DNA from: Tubiluchus corallicola | Lineage: Eukaryota; Animalia; Priapulida | Reading direction: 5' to 3' | NCBI GenBank assembly: GCA_030141605.1 | Contig: JAQGDQ010001077.1 | Location: 1-64,000, forward strand | DNA: 64,000 nucleotides | Part shown: one piece after another, positions 12,388-26,759 of the stretch | Numbering within the stretch: the stretch's first letter is position 1 | Layout: each line of letters starts with the position of its first letter | Program-made: the position numbers and the translations under genes | Notes under the pieces: generated by a model | Seen by the model: only the letters and a program-made list of their open reading frames with translations | Told to the model about the DNA's origin: nothing | Database searches by the model: none

Positions 12388-15068
12388 AAGTCTTTTACTG
12401 CTCTAGTTCACCAGTTTTGCGAGGTTGATCTTGGTGGCGACTGGCAATCCGTTAACGAGTCATGCTTTTGTCCCTATATTTCCTATCAGATGTTGTAAAC
12501 ATACACCTCCTATAACCAGCAAGTTAGTTATAAGAAATCTACTTCATTTAACTTGCATACATGTTTTCTCCTGTGTAGTAATGTAGTTTCTTGCCCTGAG
12601 TGTCATTTGCCTTGTTTGCAAAAATGATGATGATGGAGCAAACGTTAGAGAAGATTCATTAACAAATTAACAACACGTCTAGCAATAAAACATTTCAAGG
12701 CCCAGGAAAATCTCAAGCACTCTGCTACATTTTGGTCAAAAATAATCAATTATCTTGTGGGCGTAATGTATTAAAAAGGGAAACATCACATCAATGCCCT
12801 TAAAAATGAAGGTGGAAGTCGGTATTACAGTGAGGTGGACCTTTGGCCTGTCTTCCACATGCAGTCCCATCCTCTTGACAAGTGCACCTTTGGCCGGTGT
12901 TCCACATGCAGTCCCGTCCTCCTGACAGGTTGTCCTTTGTCCACTTAAAATATGAAAAGTGGTTTTTTGACTGGTGGTTCTTAGTTCTTGGTGGGCCTTT
13001 GATCAGTGTCTCTTTGACCTATGCTTAACAAATTCATTGAGATGATCTTGGTAAGCACTCTTCCTCATTCCCCTACGTTTAAACTCCTCATGGGTTTACT
13101 CTGGGCATTCCTAGACGTATAACAAGTGTTTATAAATCAAATTTTTCCCTCCGACTTCTTATCTGTGGAAGTCTTTACCAGGTTATTGATTTTTGAAAAT
13201 TATATCCTTTACTCGATTCAAGAAGAATATCAGCGAACACCTTCTATTGCCAGCAAATTAGTTATATTAAGTTCTATTTCTCTGTTCATCATTGCCTTCT
13301 TATTGTAGCCATTGTCCTGAGTGGTCTTTGGCCTTGTACGGGCTGATTTGTATAAAAAGTTCCGAGTTTATCAGAATATTCATGAGCGCCTGAATGTTAT
13401 TTGTGACATTTACCCGGGGGGTCCCCTAACGACGTTGAAATCTCGTGTCATTTGTAACTCGGATGCAGTTATTTCTACACCATCATTACGGCATTGCTTA
13501 ATTACTTATATTGTTGTTGTTGTTGTAGCATCTGGCGTGCGAGCAGTGTGCGTGTCCCTGGAGGTCGGCTTGGTGAATATGCGATTTTGGTCGAGTGCAG
13601 AATGCCGTGTGTGCGTCGTGTGGCTTGCAAAGCGCGTTCAAATCAATAGCCAACGTCTGTTTCCCTCCTGCTTTGCTAGCTTGCTGCCGACATCGGCAAT
13701 TGACAACTAAATGAGGCATCATCCACATGATCGTTTCATCCCCAATCACTTGATAGCTGTGCCTTGGAGACGGACATTGTCGTGTACGTGTGTATACGTG
13801 TGCGAGCTTGCTTGCTTGCATCACCTCCGTCGTTTTCTCCTCATCCCACAGAGTGCTGCAGCTTCAGCAGCTGAGGTTGTGCTGCTTCTGTCATCGTTAA
13901 TTAGATTCGCCGCTCAGCGCCACTGACTGACAGAGGCTGTCGGTAGAGCAACTCGCTTGGACGTTGCACGGAGTGGCTCTTCATAACTGAATTGTATCTG
14001 CATCGAAGACGGCTAGCAAGTCGTCCAAGAAGAACAAAACGCCATAAGCTACGTCTTACCGTGAATTGCTGTTGTCTGGTGTTGAAAGGAAGTGTTAAAA
14101 TCATTTGATGGTCGAGTATTACGTTGAGAAGCAAAACGTGCGTTCTTGATAATCGCTTGAAGCAAAACGTGCGTTCTCGATTGCTGCTGTGAGCTTTTTT
14201 CTAAGATTTCGCTAGCCGCCAGTACAGCGTCTATCTGTCTCTCTTACTTTTTTCTTTTGTTTGAGGTTAACTAACACATCTAGCAAGCTGGCTTACATTG
14301 TGCACCCTCCCGCTCCGCAGGGAATTGTGTTTGCGCCACTAACCCCACTAACACCTGCAGGGGTAACACCGGTGGTACGTATGCTGATTTAACTTACTAA
14401 CTGTGCATTGTATGTATGTAGTGATTGCATGTATGCTTGTTTGGGGACGATGTGACTTCCTCCGCTATAAGTTTCTTTTACGATCGTGTCATCTTTGTAT
14501 GTCATATGCGTATTTATGCTATAACTGTGAGCGATGATCATAACGGTGGATGCATTTGTTCGCTGTTTCACCTCACATAAATGCTTCTAATCTCATTTTA
14601 TACACCATGAATGCATCAAAGGTCTAATTAAGTGTTTAGATGCGGGCAATGTGGTGTTAGTGTTTATCAGTACTTGTACATATTTTGTACTTAATCTCAA
14701 TTAATTACCATTTTGCCAGATGATCCTTGTTACATATGAACTGTTGTAACATAATAGGGTTATACATTAATAATCAATTAGTATCATTTGAATGTCGTGC
14801 GCCCATACAATATGCATGTATAAAGAAAACTTTTGCGGTGTGTTGATAACTTGGCAAGGCTAAATATACATCTCCTGATTTTATTCATAGCCGGTGAATG
14901 AATGAATGAATGAATGAACGAATAAAGCGTAAAAGAATTAATGAACAAATTAATTAGTTAATAAAAATTATATGTGGATTAGTGCATGAATGATAGAGTG
15001 AATAATGAAAGAAAACAAACAAGTGGCTGGTAGAACATAAAAGTAAATAAATTTCATTGGCGTTGTTC

Positions 15069-15246
15069 AATCAATTTATCAATCAATTTATTTCACTCGA
15101 GCAATACGTATACAATACATCAACACACAATATTATTGAAACAAAAAGAAACGGTATAGGTAAAAAAACGTTGATGAAGTCAAATTAACCAAATAAAAGA
15201 GTTGCTGTATGACACCTTGAAAGCTTGGCTTGTTAGGGTGGCACAA
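15069..15246 (-). mobile_element. LINE 3' UTR remnant abutting the 93-bp array
   Basis: Short repeated tail (ATCAATTT) with TTTATT. Minus-strand hairpin GCCACC-CTAAC-AAGCCAAGCTT-TCAA-GGTGTC resembles other LINE 3' hairpins here. Confidence 0.4.
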
Positions 15247-15885
15247 ATGAAAGAATGGTTAGGGTTAGTAGACATGATGAAATGGAAAGAAAATAGTAAG
15301 ATTAGGGATAGGAAGAAGGAAGGGAGGGGAGGATGAGTGAATGAAAGAATGGTTAGGGTTAGTAGACATGATGGAATGGAAAAAATAGTAAGATTAGGGA
15401 TAGGAAGAAGGAAGGGAGGGGAGGATGAGTGAATGAAAGAACGGTTAGTGTTAGTAGACATGATGGAATGGAAAAAAATAGTAAGATTAGGGATAGGAAG
15501 AAGGAAAAGAGGGGAGGATGAGTGAATGAAAGAATGGTAAGGGTTAGTAGACATGATGGAATGGAAAAAATAGTAAGATTAGGGATAGGAAGAAGGAAGG
15601 GAGGGGAGGATGAGTGAATGAAAGAATGGTTAGTGTTAGTAGACATGATGGAATGGAAAGAAAATAGTAAGATTAGGGATAGGAAGAAGGAAGGGAGGGG
15701 ACGATGAGTTAATGAAAGAACGGTTAGTGTTAGTAGACATGATGGAATGGAAAGAAAATAGTAAGATTAGGGATAGGAAGAAGGAAGGGAGGGGAGGATG
15801 AGTGAATGAAAGAACGGTTAGTGTTAGTAGACATGATGGAATGGAAAAAAATAGTGAGATTAGTGATAGGAAGAAGGAAAAGAGG
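15246..15885. repeat. 92-94 bp purine-rich minisatellite, about 7 copies
   Basis: ATGAAAGAA at 15247, 15341, 15433 and 15526; units contain GGTTAGGGTTAG / ATTAGGGATAGG and G-runs. Confidence 0.96.
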
Positions 15886-16722
15886 AGAAGAAACGACCAC
15901 AGTGTATGTTTAATTTACATAGAGGTATATTAAAATAGCATTATAATTGATTGGAGGCCATATATTGCAACTGCATGATGTTGTGGCTATTATTAAAGAA
16001 CTTGAGCACCACAATCAAATAATTGTAGTAAAGATGCGAGTGTGAGCAAGTGTCACCATAATCTCCGCCAGATGTAGCTGCGGTGTTTAACAGCAGTGAG
16101 ATCCTTCCATCACGGTCCCACCTTCTTATTGTTTATAGTTTAACTAAATTGAAAGATCAGACAATAAAGAAAAAAACTTTATACATCCTGGAAATAAATA
16201 AGTCGTTCTTGATTTCGCCGCTGACAAGAGCACAATGTAAAATCAAGCGAGAAGAGATGAAACTCGATTAAAGGCGTTGCCATGGCGACAGACACCTAGT
16301 AATAATTAAGCTTTTATGCCGATTTGTCGAGCTAAGTGAGATCAAAAACCTGAGGTTATTAGAGTGTTATTACATTATTCCTGGCAGAATGTTAAAACAT
16401 GTTTCAACGGCAGTGCCTCGGTAATAATGTCGTCTGTAATTAAACAAACTTCGCCTTAAATTTGATTTACTAGCCACTCGGCGGGAATGTTTGTTGTTCC
16501 GTGATAAGACTAGCCGGAAGGAGTTGCACGAAACAATTTAATAAAGAGAAATTGCCCTTTAAGGTTCTTTTGCGTTTGCTTTTTCATTAGTAGTGATTGC
16601 TTTTTATTTAATCCCGGCGCTTTAGGTAAATAATTAATGTTCATATGTCCATTTGGCGCATTCTCAAAGTGTTGCCAATTATATATTGGTTACTTTGAAA
16701 ATCGGAAGCTTTATTTTTTCAT

Positions 16723-17635
16723 TTAAAGGGGAAAACAGAATTTTAAAATATTTCCCAAAAAACTTTCCACACTTAACATAGGGCTTATCTGTTAGAAAGA
16801 TATTATGACGTTACGATTTGAAATGTTCGCGCCAACTGGTGTGACGTCACAGTTTCACTATCCCAAAAAACCTTCCACTCTTAACATTGGGCATATCTGT
16901 TAGAAAGATATTTTCACGTTACGATTTGAAATGTTCGCGCCAACTGGTGTGACGTCACAGTTTCACTATCCCAAAAAACTTTCCACACTTAACATAGGGC
17001 TTATCTGTTAGAAAGATATTATGACGTTACGATTTGAAATGTTCGCGCCAACTGGTGTGACGTCACAGTTTCACTGTCCCAAAAAACCTTCCACTCTTAA
17101 CATTGGGCATATCTGTTAGAAAGATATTTTCACGTTACGATTTGTAATGTTCGCGCCAACTGGTGTGACGTCACAGTTTCACTATCCCAAAAAACTTTCC
17201 ACACTTAACATTGGGCTTATCTGTTAGAAAGATATTATGACGTTACAGTTTGAAATGTTCGCGCCAACTGGTGTGACGTCACAGTTTCACTATCCCGTTG
17301 TGCACTAAAAACGTCACTGGCTCACCAGAAACCATTATTGATTCACTTATCAAAGTAAAGTGATTTACACAGTTGCTTAGTTGCCGATGACTGCACTACG
17401 AATGTTCTGATTACTTTTTGAACTTTAATTAGGCGTTTCTTATCTGAGCTTGCTTCATGCTCAGCGACTGGCCGTTAAAATGCCTAACAGCCAGAGCGGG
17501 AGTTTAAATTTACAAGTTTTATACAGCGTTACTACCAATGCAAGCTTTGTGTGCAGTAACAAAGCATGTAAGTAAGTGATGGAAAATTTCAAGACGAATT
17601 TTTAAGTTTCATGTAGGAAGTTTCCTGCAGTTTAA
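16723..17635 (+). mobile_element. TTAA-flanked (Kolobok-like) non-autonomous element, family B copy 1, carrying an internal 108-bp array
   Basis: TTAA|AGGGG left end and TTAA at 17632-17635. Both flanks of the array align in reverse complement with 26958-27466 (e.g. GCGGGAGTTTAAATTTACAAGTTTTATACAG vs CTGTATAAAACGTGTAAATTTAAACTCCCGC). Confidence 0.68.
16754..17296. repeat. 108-bp minisatellite, 5 copies, alternating A/B variants
   Basis: CCCAAAAAA at 16754, 16862, 16970, 17078 and 17186. Confidence 0.97.
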
Positions 17636-18757
17636 GTTAATGTTGAATGTAGAGTGCACAATGAACATTTATCCACGAAAACTGTTAACGATATTTTGGC
17701 CACGTAATCGATAATCACGTAATTTTTTTTTGTTCTCGTGTAATGATAATTTAGCGAATTGTAGCTAACATTGTCTGATAAAGAGTATTGCAAACTTTAC
17801 TCGGGGGGGGGGGTGCATTTGTAACGAATGTACCTATCGGTTTCTTTACTTTAGTAACATGGAGTAAGATAAAGAAAGTCGTATTTTATATATTTTGGGA
17901 TCTGTGGAATACTAGTGGGAAGGATTACAATATTATCACCTGATCGTGACATTTTTGTGCTTTGTTACTTCCTGGGCAGCTTTCAGTCATGATAATGAGT
18001 CACAGCGCTGATCAAGAAGAAATGAATGGTTATGGCGAGTCATAGATGCAGGTTATGGCGAGTCATAGATGCATTTGTGGCGTGAAATACAGTTTTTTAA
18101 CGCGCGAGTATTTTATATTCTGTCGGCGTGCATATGACGCTGGAGATTTGAATCTGTCCTTTTCAAAATGATTCTCTTCGTTGGCGAAGTCGTGATCCGG
18201 GTTTATCGTCGCCTCACGGAGGGAAATCTGATATTTACGCTGAAGTGTGCAATCATCTAGTTATTCTCTACCCTAAGTAGGACAAACGTTCAAATTGCCC
18301 TCAACTCGATATTATGCATTAAGCATAGTAATGCGTGTAGTGTGATGAGCGAGTCCTCAATATGACATTATGAAGTATGACGTTCTGCTTATATGGGCTG
18401 CGATTATTCAAGCGACTTAAATAGGACATATGTTGCTGCAACAGCTTCCTGAAACCTGAACGAGTCAATAACATTGCAGCTATTCGAAATAAGATGTAAA
18501 TTGTGCCATATTATTCTGTAATTATAGCTCGATAATGATCGCTATTCACCGATGACCGCTCGGTGGTCATCTAAATGGTCAAAATGTTTTACTTTTGTCT
18601 CATTGTAGTTAACAACGTGGTAAATTGAATTTTTATCATTACTTCTCAAGCACTCATATTTGATTGTAATTTCGTGCCTCTCGCGCACACGCTGGAAACA
18701 CGTGACATTATTGTTTTTTGTACTCCTGGGCTTGCGCTTACATTCAAAATTGTTTAT

Positions 18758-18990
18758 GTCATAAGTCATAAGTCATTTATTTCACATTGCACATTTACAA
18801 TAGTTTCATGTACAATATCTAGTGAAAGGGCCTACAATGAACGTAATACAAATAAGAAATACTGCACAGGAAAAGCCTCAAACACTGTTCACCTATATAC
18901 AAATGTAAATGTGTTGTGGGCAATCAAAAGCAGGGTTTGTTAGATTGTCCCCCACAGTGAAAGAAAAAAAGTAATGGAGATAATCTGAAA
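18758..18990 (-). mobile_element. LINE 3' UTR remnant
   Basis: (GTCATAA)n tail followed by TTTATT, and a TGTGGG...CCCACA hairpin at 18915-18956. Confidence 0.45.
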
Positions 18991-19722
18991 ATTTAAAATG
19001 AACGGATAAAGAAAACATTTAGTACTTAAAATAGAATGATGTAATGAATGAAGCTCATGTGTGAGATGATATAAAAGATAGAAAGACCATTATTTGTTAA
19101 TAGCATATAAAATTAAGATAACTTGATTAAGATAACACCACTGTTTTGCTACAAATGTGAGGATGGATACTGATAGAAATTTTGATTACTCACTGATACT
19201 TACTTAAAGTTTGATTTTTGAGCTCACCCGCTTTTTGTGACACGTGTAGGAAATTTTTGATAGAATATTCAAAAGACACTCACCCTTCTTGTCCCGTATT
19301 ATTTCATTATATTTTTGCTGTCATGTTTTTGTCGTCAATGACCAACTTAAGCAGCTTATAGGTCTAAGCAGGAGCAGGTTAAGTTGTGACGTAGGCAACT
19401 AAACGTCTTGGGGACCTATAGACTTTCATCTGGAAGAAGCCCAGCTGGTAACTATAAATAGCAAAATTCTTCGTATTAGACATTCGTTAACGTATGAATC
19501 TCTTGAAAAGCTGTGCTTTCGTGATTATATTTAATGGTTAAGCATTACTGAAACACAAGCTAATAATTATTATGCATAAAATCCTTTCATTGCAATACAT
19601 TTGGACTGAAGCTTTTTTTTAAAGTTTCACGTACACAATTTGTAGCAGGAGTATTTTTATTTTTATTTTCTGTCTTTTAACTTGCACATATTAAACTCTC
19701 TTCGTTGTAAGCTGATGGCGTA

Positions 19723-20480
19723 TTACTCACAAATAACACACTGTTACTCACAAATAACACACTGTTACTCACAAATAACACGCTGTTACTCACAAATAAC
19801 ACGCTGTTACTCACAAATAACACGCTGTTACTCACAAATAACACGCTGTTACTCACAAATAACACGCTGTTACTCACAAATAACACGCTGTTACTCACAA
19901 ATAAGACGCTGTTACTCACAAATAACACGCTGTTACTCACAAATAACACACTGTTACTCACAAATAACACGCTGTTACTCACAAATAACACGCTGTTACT
20001 CACAAATAACACACTGTTACTCACAAATAGCACGATGTTACTCACAAATAACACACTGTTACTCACAAATAACACACTGTTACTCACAAATAACACGCTG
20101 TTACTCACAAATAACACACTGTTACTCACAAATAACACACTGTTACTCACAAATAACATGCTGTTACTCACAAATAACACACTGTTACTCACAAATAACA
20201 CGCTGTTACTGACAAATAACACACTGTTACTCACAAATAACACGCTGTTACTCACAAATAACACGCTGTTACTCACAAATAACACACTGTTACTCACAAA
20301 TAACACGCTGTTACTCACAAATAACACGCTGTTACTCACAAATAACACGCTGTTACTCACAAATAACACGCTGTTACTCACAAATAACACGCTGTTACTC
20401 ACAAATAACACGCTGTTACTCACAAATAACACGCTGTTACTCACAAATAACACGCTGTTACTCACAAATAACACGCTGTT
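19723..20480. repeat. 21-bp minisatellite TGTTACTCACAAATAACACRC, about 36 copies
   Basis: Directly visible; explains the NSVLFVS, YSQITRC and LLLTNNT ORFs. Confidence 0.98.
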
Positions 20481-21227
20481 CAAATGGTGTTTATAGTTGA
20501 CGGTTACTTGTACGTTTTCAATCGAGCAACGGATTAAGGATGTGTGTATTTGGTCCGGATGTAGGAAGACGATTTTTATGTCTTCCGTAAACGATAAGTT
20601 TACATTACGTTAGTGTGACACAGTAGGCGTTGCAATCGACCTTGTTTAGAATTTAGAAAGATGGCATGTCAGAGTTCAAGTTGCCTTACATCGTGTTGGA
20701 ATCGGTAGAATGTATCGTGGGTTAACAAAATACGTGGCGATAATTAATAGTATTTTTCTCAAATCTGTAAGCAACCTTGCGCTGAATCTATAATAAAGTT
20801 GATTTGAATTGAATTGATAATTTCATTAGTGAAGTATTATTATAAGTTTAGCAATAAAGTGTCTTCGATGTTACGTCTAGTCAACGTTCTACGTCGGTTT
20901 TTCTTTACGAGAGTCGCGAGTTTTTAGGAAAACTTCGAATCATTTAAGATTTTTTAAGTTTTCTAATAATTTCACCGTTTTGGGGCAGATTTTAAAAACA
21001 AATTTACTTATTGGAATCGAAATCTGGCCCAGCAGTCGTAAAGCTGAATGCTATATACTACACCAACGTGAATTTGCTACTGAATCTAATGCTATCCGCA
21101 GCTTCCATCACTGCCTGACCTTTCTTGTCACGTGGTTAGCCAGATTGTGTATAATCTAGGTCTGTCGTATCACGCATTGCTCCTGTGGCGGTATTACTAC
21201 AGTTATGTAACTTTGTTCACAAGAACG

Positions 21228-21876
<649 letters not shown>

Positions 21877-21900
21877 ACAGGAGTTTTAACAAGACTATGA

Positions 21901-22403
21901 CAGTTTGGTGTCAAAAATTTAGCACAGTACGGAGTTGTGGAATAATTCCGCGATTAATCTAGATTCTAAATTATACAGAGCTTGACTTGCAAACGGTAAA
22001 CCAAAGAGTTTGTTTAAATTCTAGGCGCAGTGTCAACTCTTCTATCTTCCATATCAGAGTAACAGAGTTGCCAAAATAACCTACGGGCAACGAATAGTCG
22101 AAAATGGTCTTTCAAAAGAACACGCCACAACTTCTTGAACGACGTAGTCGACCATTTAAACATTTTGAGCTAAATCGTACTTCTAGATTGTGAAGTGTAA
22201 GTCCAGGCAGAAAGAAAATGCAGTTTAATTCGGGCCGGAATGAAGGTGCCATCCGTTGTCGTGTAGTCGGAAACACAGAAGAGAAAATACATTAAAAAAT
22301 ATAGAAAAATATACAGATTTACTTTGTTCAAGAAGTTATGGTGCATTCTTTTTGAGTGCAAATATTCGTATGGAGTGTAAACTTTTGCACCACCCCTACT
22401 GTA
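21901..22403. mobile_element. Possible degenerate Tc1-like non-autonomous element
   Basis: Left CAGTTTGGTGTCAAAAATTT vs right AAACTTTTGCACCACCCCTACTG|TA: imperfect CAGT...ACTG terminal inverted repeats. Confidence 0.35.
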
Positions 22404-22643
22404 CCATTTGTTAAACCTAATATAAAGCTAATATATAATAACCTAATCTATATCACTTCTAGTGTAATAAGCGCGTGAAGTACCTTGTAAACGTAGACTT
22501 CTAAAATGGAGTGTAAACTTTTGCACCACCCTTACTGTACCATTTGTTAAACCTAATATAAAGCTAATATATAATAACCTAATCTATATCACTTCTAGTG
22601 TAATAAGCACGTGAAATACCTTTTAAACGTAGACTTCTAAAAT
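22371..22643. repeat. 136-bp two-copy tandem duplication
   Basis: TGGAGTGTAAACTTTTGCACC at 22371 and 22507. Confidence 0.95.
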
Positions 22644-22853
22644 TTACAATAATTAGTTGATTACTAAATATAAAAATACTTGAAATTAAATTAAATTATG
22701 GATTTTATGCTGGTTTTCAGTCCTTGTGTATTCCTGGCATACGCTTCATTTCCATTATTGCACGTACGGCTTGGCATTAAAGCAGCTAATTTCTGATTGT
22801 TGGAAACCGTGTAGAACTAGTGAAGTCTTGTCTAGTGGATGACGTCGCTTATA

Positions 22854-23444
22854 GGGGAGACCCGGGTAAAGTGGATCACTGGGCAAAGCGGATCAAATGT
22901 GTTTGCTCTTTTTTCCGTAAGGCGTCGCGGTCTACGCACTGTGTGATGCTGCGTCATCATCTACTGTGTACTCTGCATAAATGACCTCGACCTTTGCAAA
23001 GTTTGTCTAAGCGCGGTACACAAAAGTAAGTTTTTCACCCACTTTCTTGCGATTTTTCACTTTTATAGATCATGATGATAAATTCCACTTAGTGCAGATT
23101 TATTCGCAACCGTTTTTACATATGATGGATGGTTCACTGCTGCTTCATATCAATTTATTTTTGCAAAATAAACAAAATCCATTTAAAAGATATTGTTAGT
23201 TATGTTGAGCTCAACCGCTCCGGTATGATCCACTAAGCCCGTAAAAGATCCACTTCGCCCTAGAAATTTTGGTTTCGTATTTCGGAATTATCTGTTAAAC
23301 GAGTAATAGTAATTATAAGTTTTTACCACAGGAATATAGCAGAGTTTCCTACGGAAGAATAGGGCATGTAATTGATTGTTACAGATCAAACGTCTTAAAC
23401 TCTATGAGCGAAAACCCTTAAGTGATCCACTTTACCCGGGTCTC
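22854..23444. mobile_element. MITE with perfect 24-bp inverted repeats, probably Tc1/mariner-pogo type
   Basis: GAGACCCGGGTAAAGTGGATCACT (22857-22880) and AGTGATCCACTTTACCCGGGTCTC (23421-23444). TA precedes the left GGGG end. Subterminal motif copies lie near 22881, 23227 and 23248. Confidence 0.85.
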
Positions 23445-23790
23445 ATAATTTAAATGGCAACATGCATTCGAAAACGAAAAATTGCCCCTGTCGAAATTCA
23501 CCTGATCCATTTATTATCCAGCTTGAGCTAAACGTTAACATGGCAACATGCGGCGTGTCACCTTTGCTATTAATCAGACGGCCGATGATAAAACACAGGA
23601 ATCACTCTTTCGTCTAAGTGCCTGCAGAATTTGATATGCAGTCCGTGGACTTTAGAAACATATAAATTTTGTAAGTCATCAGTTGGCGTCCGTGGTCTGT
23701 TTTGCTGGATAAGTGGTTTCATTTAAGAGCAAATGCCACTTGTTTAGAATCCTACAATGATGTCTGTATAAAGCGCTAAAACAATTACAT

Positions 23791-23838
23791 ATGCGCGCGT
23801 GCGTGTGTGCGTGCGTACGTGCGTGCGTGCGTGCGCGT
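23791..23838. repeat. (GCGT)n microsatellite
   Basis: Directly visible. Confidence 0.9.
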
Positions 23839-25321
23839 GGAAGTAAAATCTCGAGTTTTTATAATCCTTATAAATAAAATGTCCGTTCTTCGTCAACGTC
23901 TCATTTCATCTGTTGTAGACTTTGAGGCATTAACATTTATTAGAGTATTCCACCCACTTCTATCTGCAGCTAACAGCCTAAGTTCCTCTTTTCCTAAAGG
24001 TAAATTTGGTTGAAATTGTTGAAAATCTTTATTTATCTTAGCTATCCAAGTTGTTTTTTTGTCTGCCAGGTGGTTTATTGCAAGGTTTTAAGGCTTCCTA
24101 TAAGGCGATTCTTACTGTGTTTCACAAGGTGCCCTAGCCATCTTAATCTTTGGATCTTGACTTTTGAGCTCCAAGGAACTTCTTTCGTTGTAGTGTATAA
24201 ATCTTCAATGATGATTTACGTTTATTTTTGACATGTGCTAAAGCAGTGTGTTGATGGCTAGAACATTATGACGATTATGAACATTGTGACGAAATAACAT
24301 GCGTAATAATAAAATGTGCAGGTCAAAACATGCCATATTTGCCAGAGAAGTAGGGCATTTAACCCCGGATATTGAATTAAGGCACGCATTACAGAACATT
24401 CTTCCATGGAGCGATGCTTCAGTCTTGTTTTGGGGTCTCTTTAAAGAGTGTAAGTACCCAATCAATTTTTGAGATGTGCTGATTTGTTAGCTAAGAAGCC
24501 AAGCAATGCCACACCTGGTTGTAAACGAATCCTCTAAGGATGGCGTCTTAGAAGAAAAAGACATATTTGTTTGTCTCGCCCTTCGTTATTTTTTGTTCGG
24601 TCACAATATTATTTCATTTTTTGCTGAGGTAATTTTGAAAAATTTCTGCTCCCAATTTCGTTACACTATTAATCTGTGTGGCTGCAACTCATAATAAACT
24701 CGTTCCATCCATTTGCCATTGGCCCATTATCAAATGACTTGCATCCAATATGGACTCTGTGCTTGCTTGGCACTTGTTGGGTGATTGTGTGCAACTATTG
24801 GCTTCAATCTACTTCCCATGTATGATCAACTGATTGATCCAGCAGTATATTGCTCCCTAACATGTCAATCTGCAACTTGTCCTTGGCCGTCTCATTATTG
24901 CTCGTGGGGGTGGCCCGCTGGTATTATTTACGCCCGCCGTTTAACCGGCTTATTAAACTCGCGAGTGCTGTGAGCAATTTGCGTGGAATCTGATCAGTCC
25001 GGATTTGTCGAAGTGTGTAGAGATTGATCGATTTGTCTGTTGTGTTTCTAGATTGACGGAAATACAGAGTTGAAGGTTTTCGTCACCTTTTCCCGCGTCC
25101 TCAAGAGCACCTGAAGGGTGACGGTGCGCAAGGATGGAGCGAGGAAAACAAGACAGGCATTTGAAGAATAAACGAGTGTTCTTTGTAATTGCTTTCACCA
25201 TAATTGTCCAGAGAGTAACCCTTTAAACTAATTGAAGTTGAAAGCAGAAAACAAGATTTCTCAGACGAAAATCGTACCCAGAGACACATGCCGACATTGT
25301 AAAAACATGAAAAGCAATTAT

Positions 25322-26759
25322 GTCATACCAGCAACACGCTCCATTATGACACATTCACAGACTGCAGGTGATGTCACTCACTGAAGTTCTGTTGAACACC
25401 CTGTTGATAACTAACATCTTATTAGTTTACCTAGTCACACCAGCAACACGCTCCATTATGACACATTCACAGATTGCAGGTGATGTCACTCAGCGAAGCA
25501 CTGTTGTACACCCTGTTGATAACAAACATCTTATTAGTTTACCTAGTCACACCAGCAACACGCACCATTATGACACATTCACAGACTGCAGTCACTCACT
25601 GAGCACTGTTGTACACCCTGTTGATAACAAACATCTTATTAGTTTACCTAGTCATACCAGCAACACGCACCATTATGACACATTCACAGATTGCAGGTGA
25701 TGTCACTCAGCGAAGCACTGTTGTACACCCTGTTGATAACTAACATCTTATTAGTTTACCTGGTCACACCAGCAACACGCACCATTATGACACATTCACA
25801 GACTACAGGCGATGTCACTCACTGAAGCACTGTTGTACACCCTGTTCATAACAAACATCTTATTAGTTTACCTAGTCACACCAGCAACACGCACCATTAT
25901 GACACATTCACAGATTGCAGGTGATGTCACTCAGCGAAGTTCTGTTGTACACCCTGTTGATAACAAACATCTTATTAGTTTACCTAGTCATACCAGCAAC
26001 ATGCACCATTATGACACATTCACAGACTGCAGGTGATGTCACTCACTGAAGCACTGTTGTACACCCTGTTGATAACAAACATCTTATTAGTTTACCTAGT
26101 CACACCAGCAACACGTACCATTATGACACATTCACAGACTGCAGGCGATGTCACTCACTGAAGCACTGTTGTACACCCTGTTGATAACTAACATCTTATT
26201 AGTTTACCTAGTCACACCAGCAACACGCACCATTATGACACATTCACAGACTGCAGTCACTCACTGAGCACTGTTGTACACCCTGTTGATAACAAACATC
26301 TTATTAGTTTACCTAGTCACACCAACAACACGCACCATTATGACACCTTCACAGATTGCAGGTGATGTCACTCAGCGAAGCACTGTTGTACACCCTGTTG
26401 ATAACTAACATCTTATTAGTTTACCTGGTCACACCAGCAACACGCACCATTATGAAACATTCACAGATTGCAGGTGATGTCACTCAGCGAAGTTCTGTTG
26501 TACACCCTGTTGATAACAAACATCTTATTAGTTTACCTAGTCATACCAGCAGCACGTACCATTATGACACCTTCACAGATTGCAGGTGATGTCACTCAGC
26601 GAAGCACTGTTGTACGCCCTGTTGATAACAAACATCTTATTTGTTTACCTAGTCACACCAGCAACACGCACCATTATGACACATTCACAGACTGCAGGTG
26701 ATGTCACTCAGCGAAGCACTGGTGTACACTCTGTTGATAACAAACATCTTATTAGTTTA
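25322..26759. repeat. 112-bp minisatellite, about 13 copies, two of them 104-bp deletion variants
   Basis: GTCAYACCAGCAAC at 25322, 25434 and onward; the short variant CTGCAGTCACTCACTGAGCAC occurs near 25590 and 26255. Confidence 0.97.

Noticed and set aside
25081-25123. Hairpin CGTCACCTTT...AAGGGTGACG as a pre-miRNA
   Set aside because: The stem is only about 10 bp and I recognise no conserved miRNA in it.
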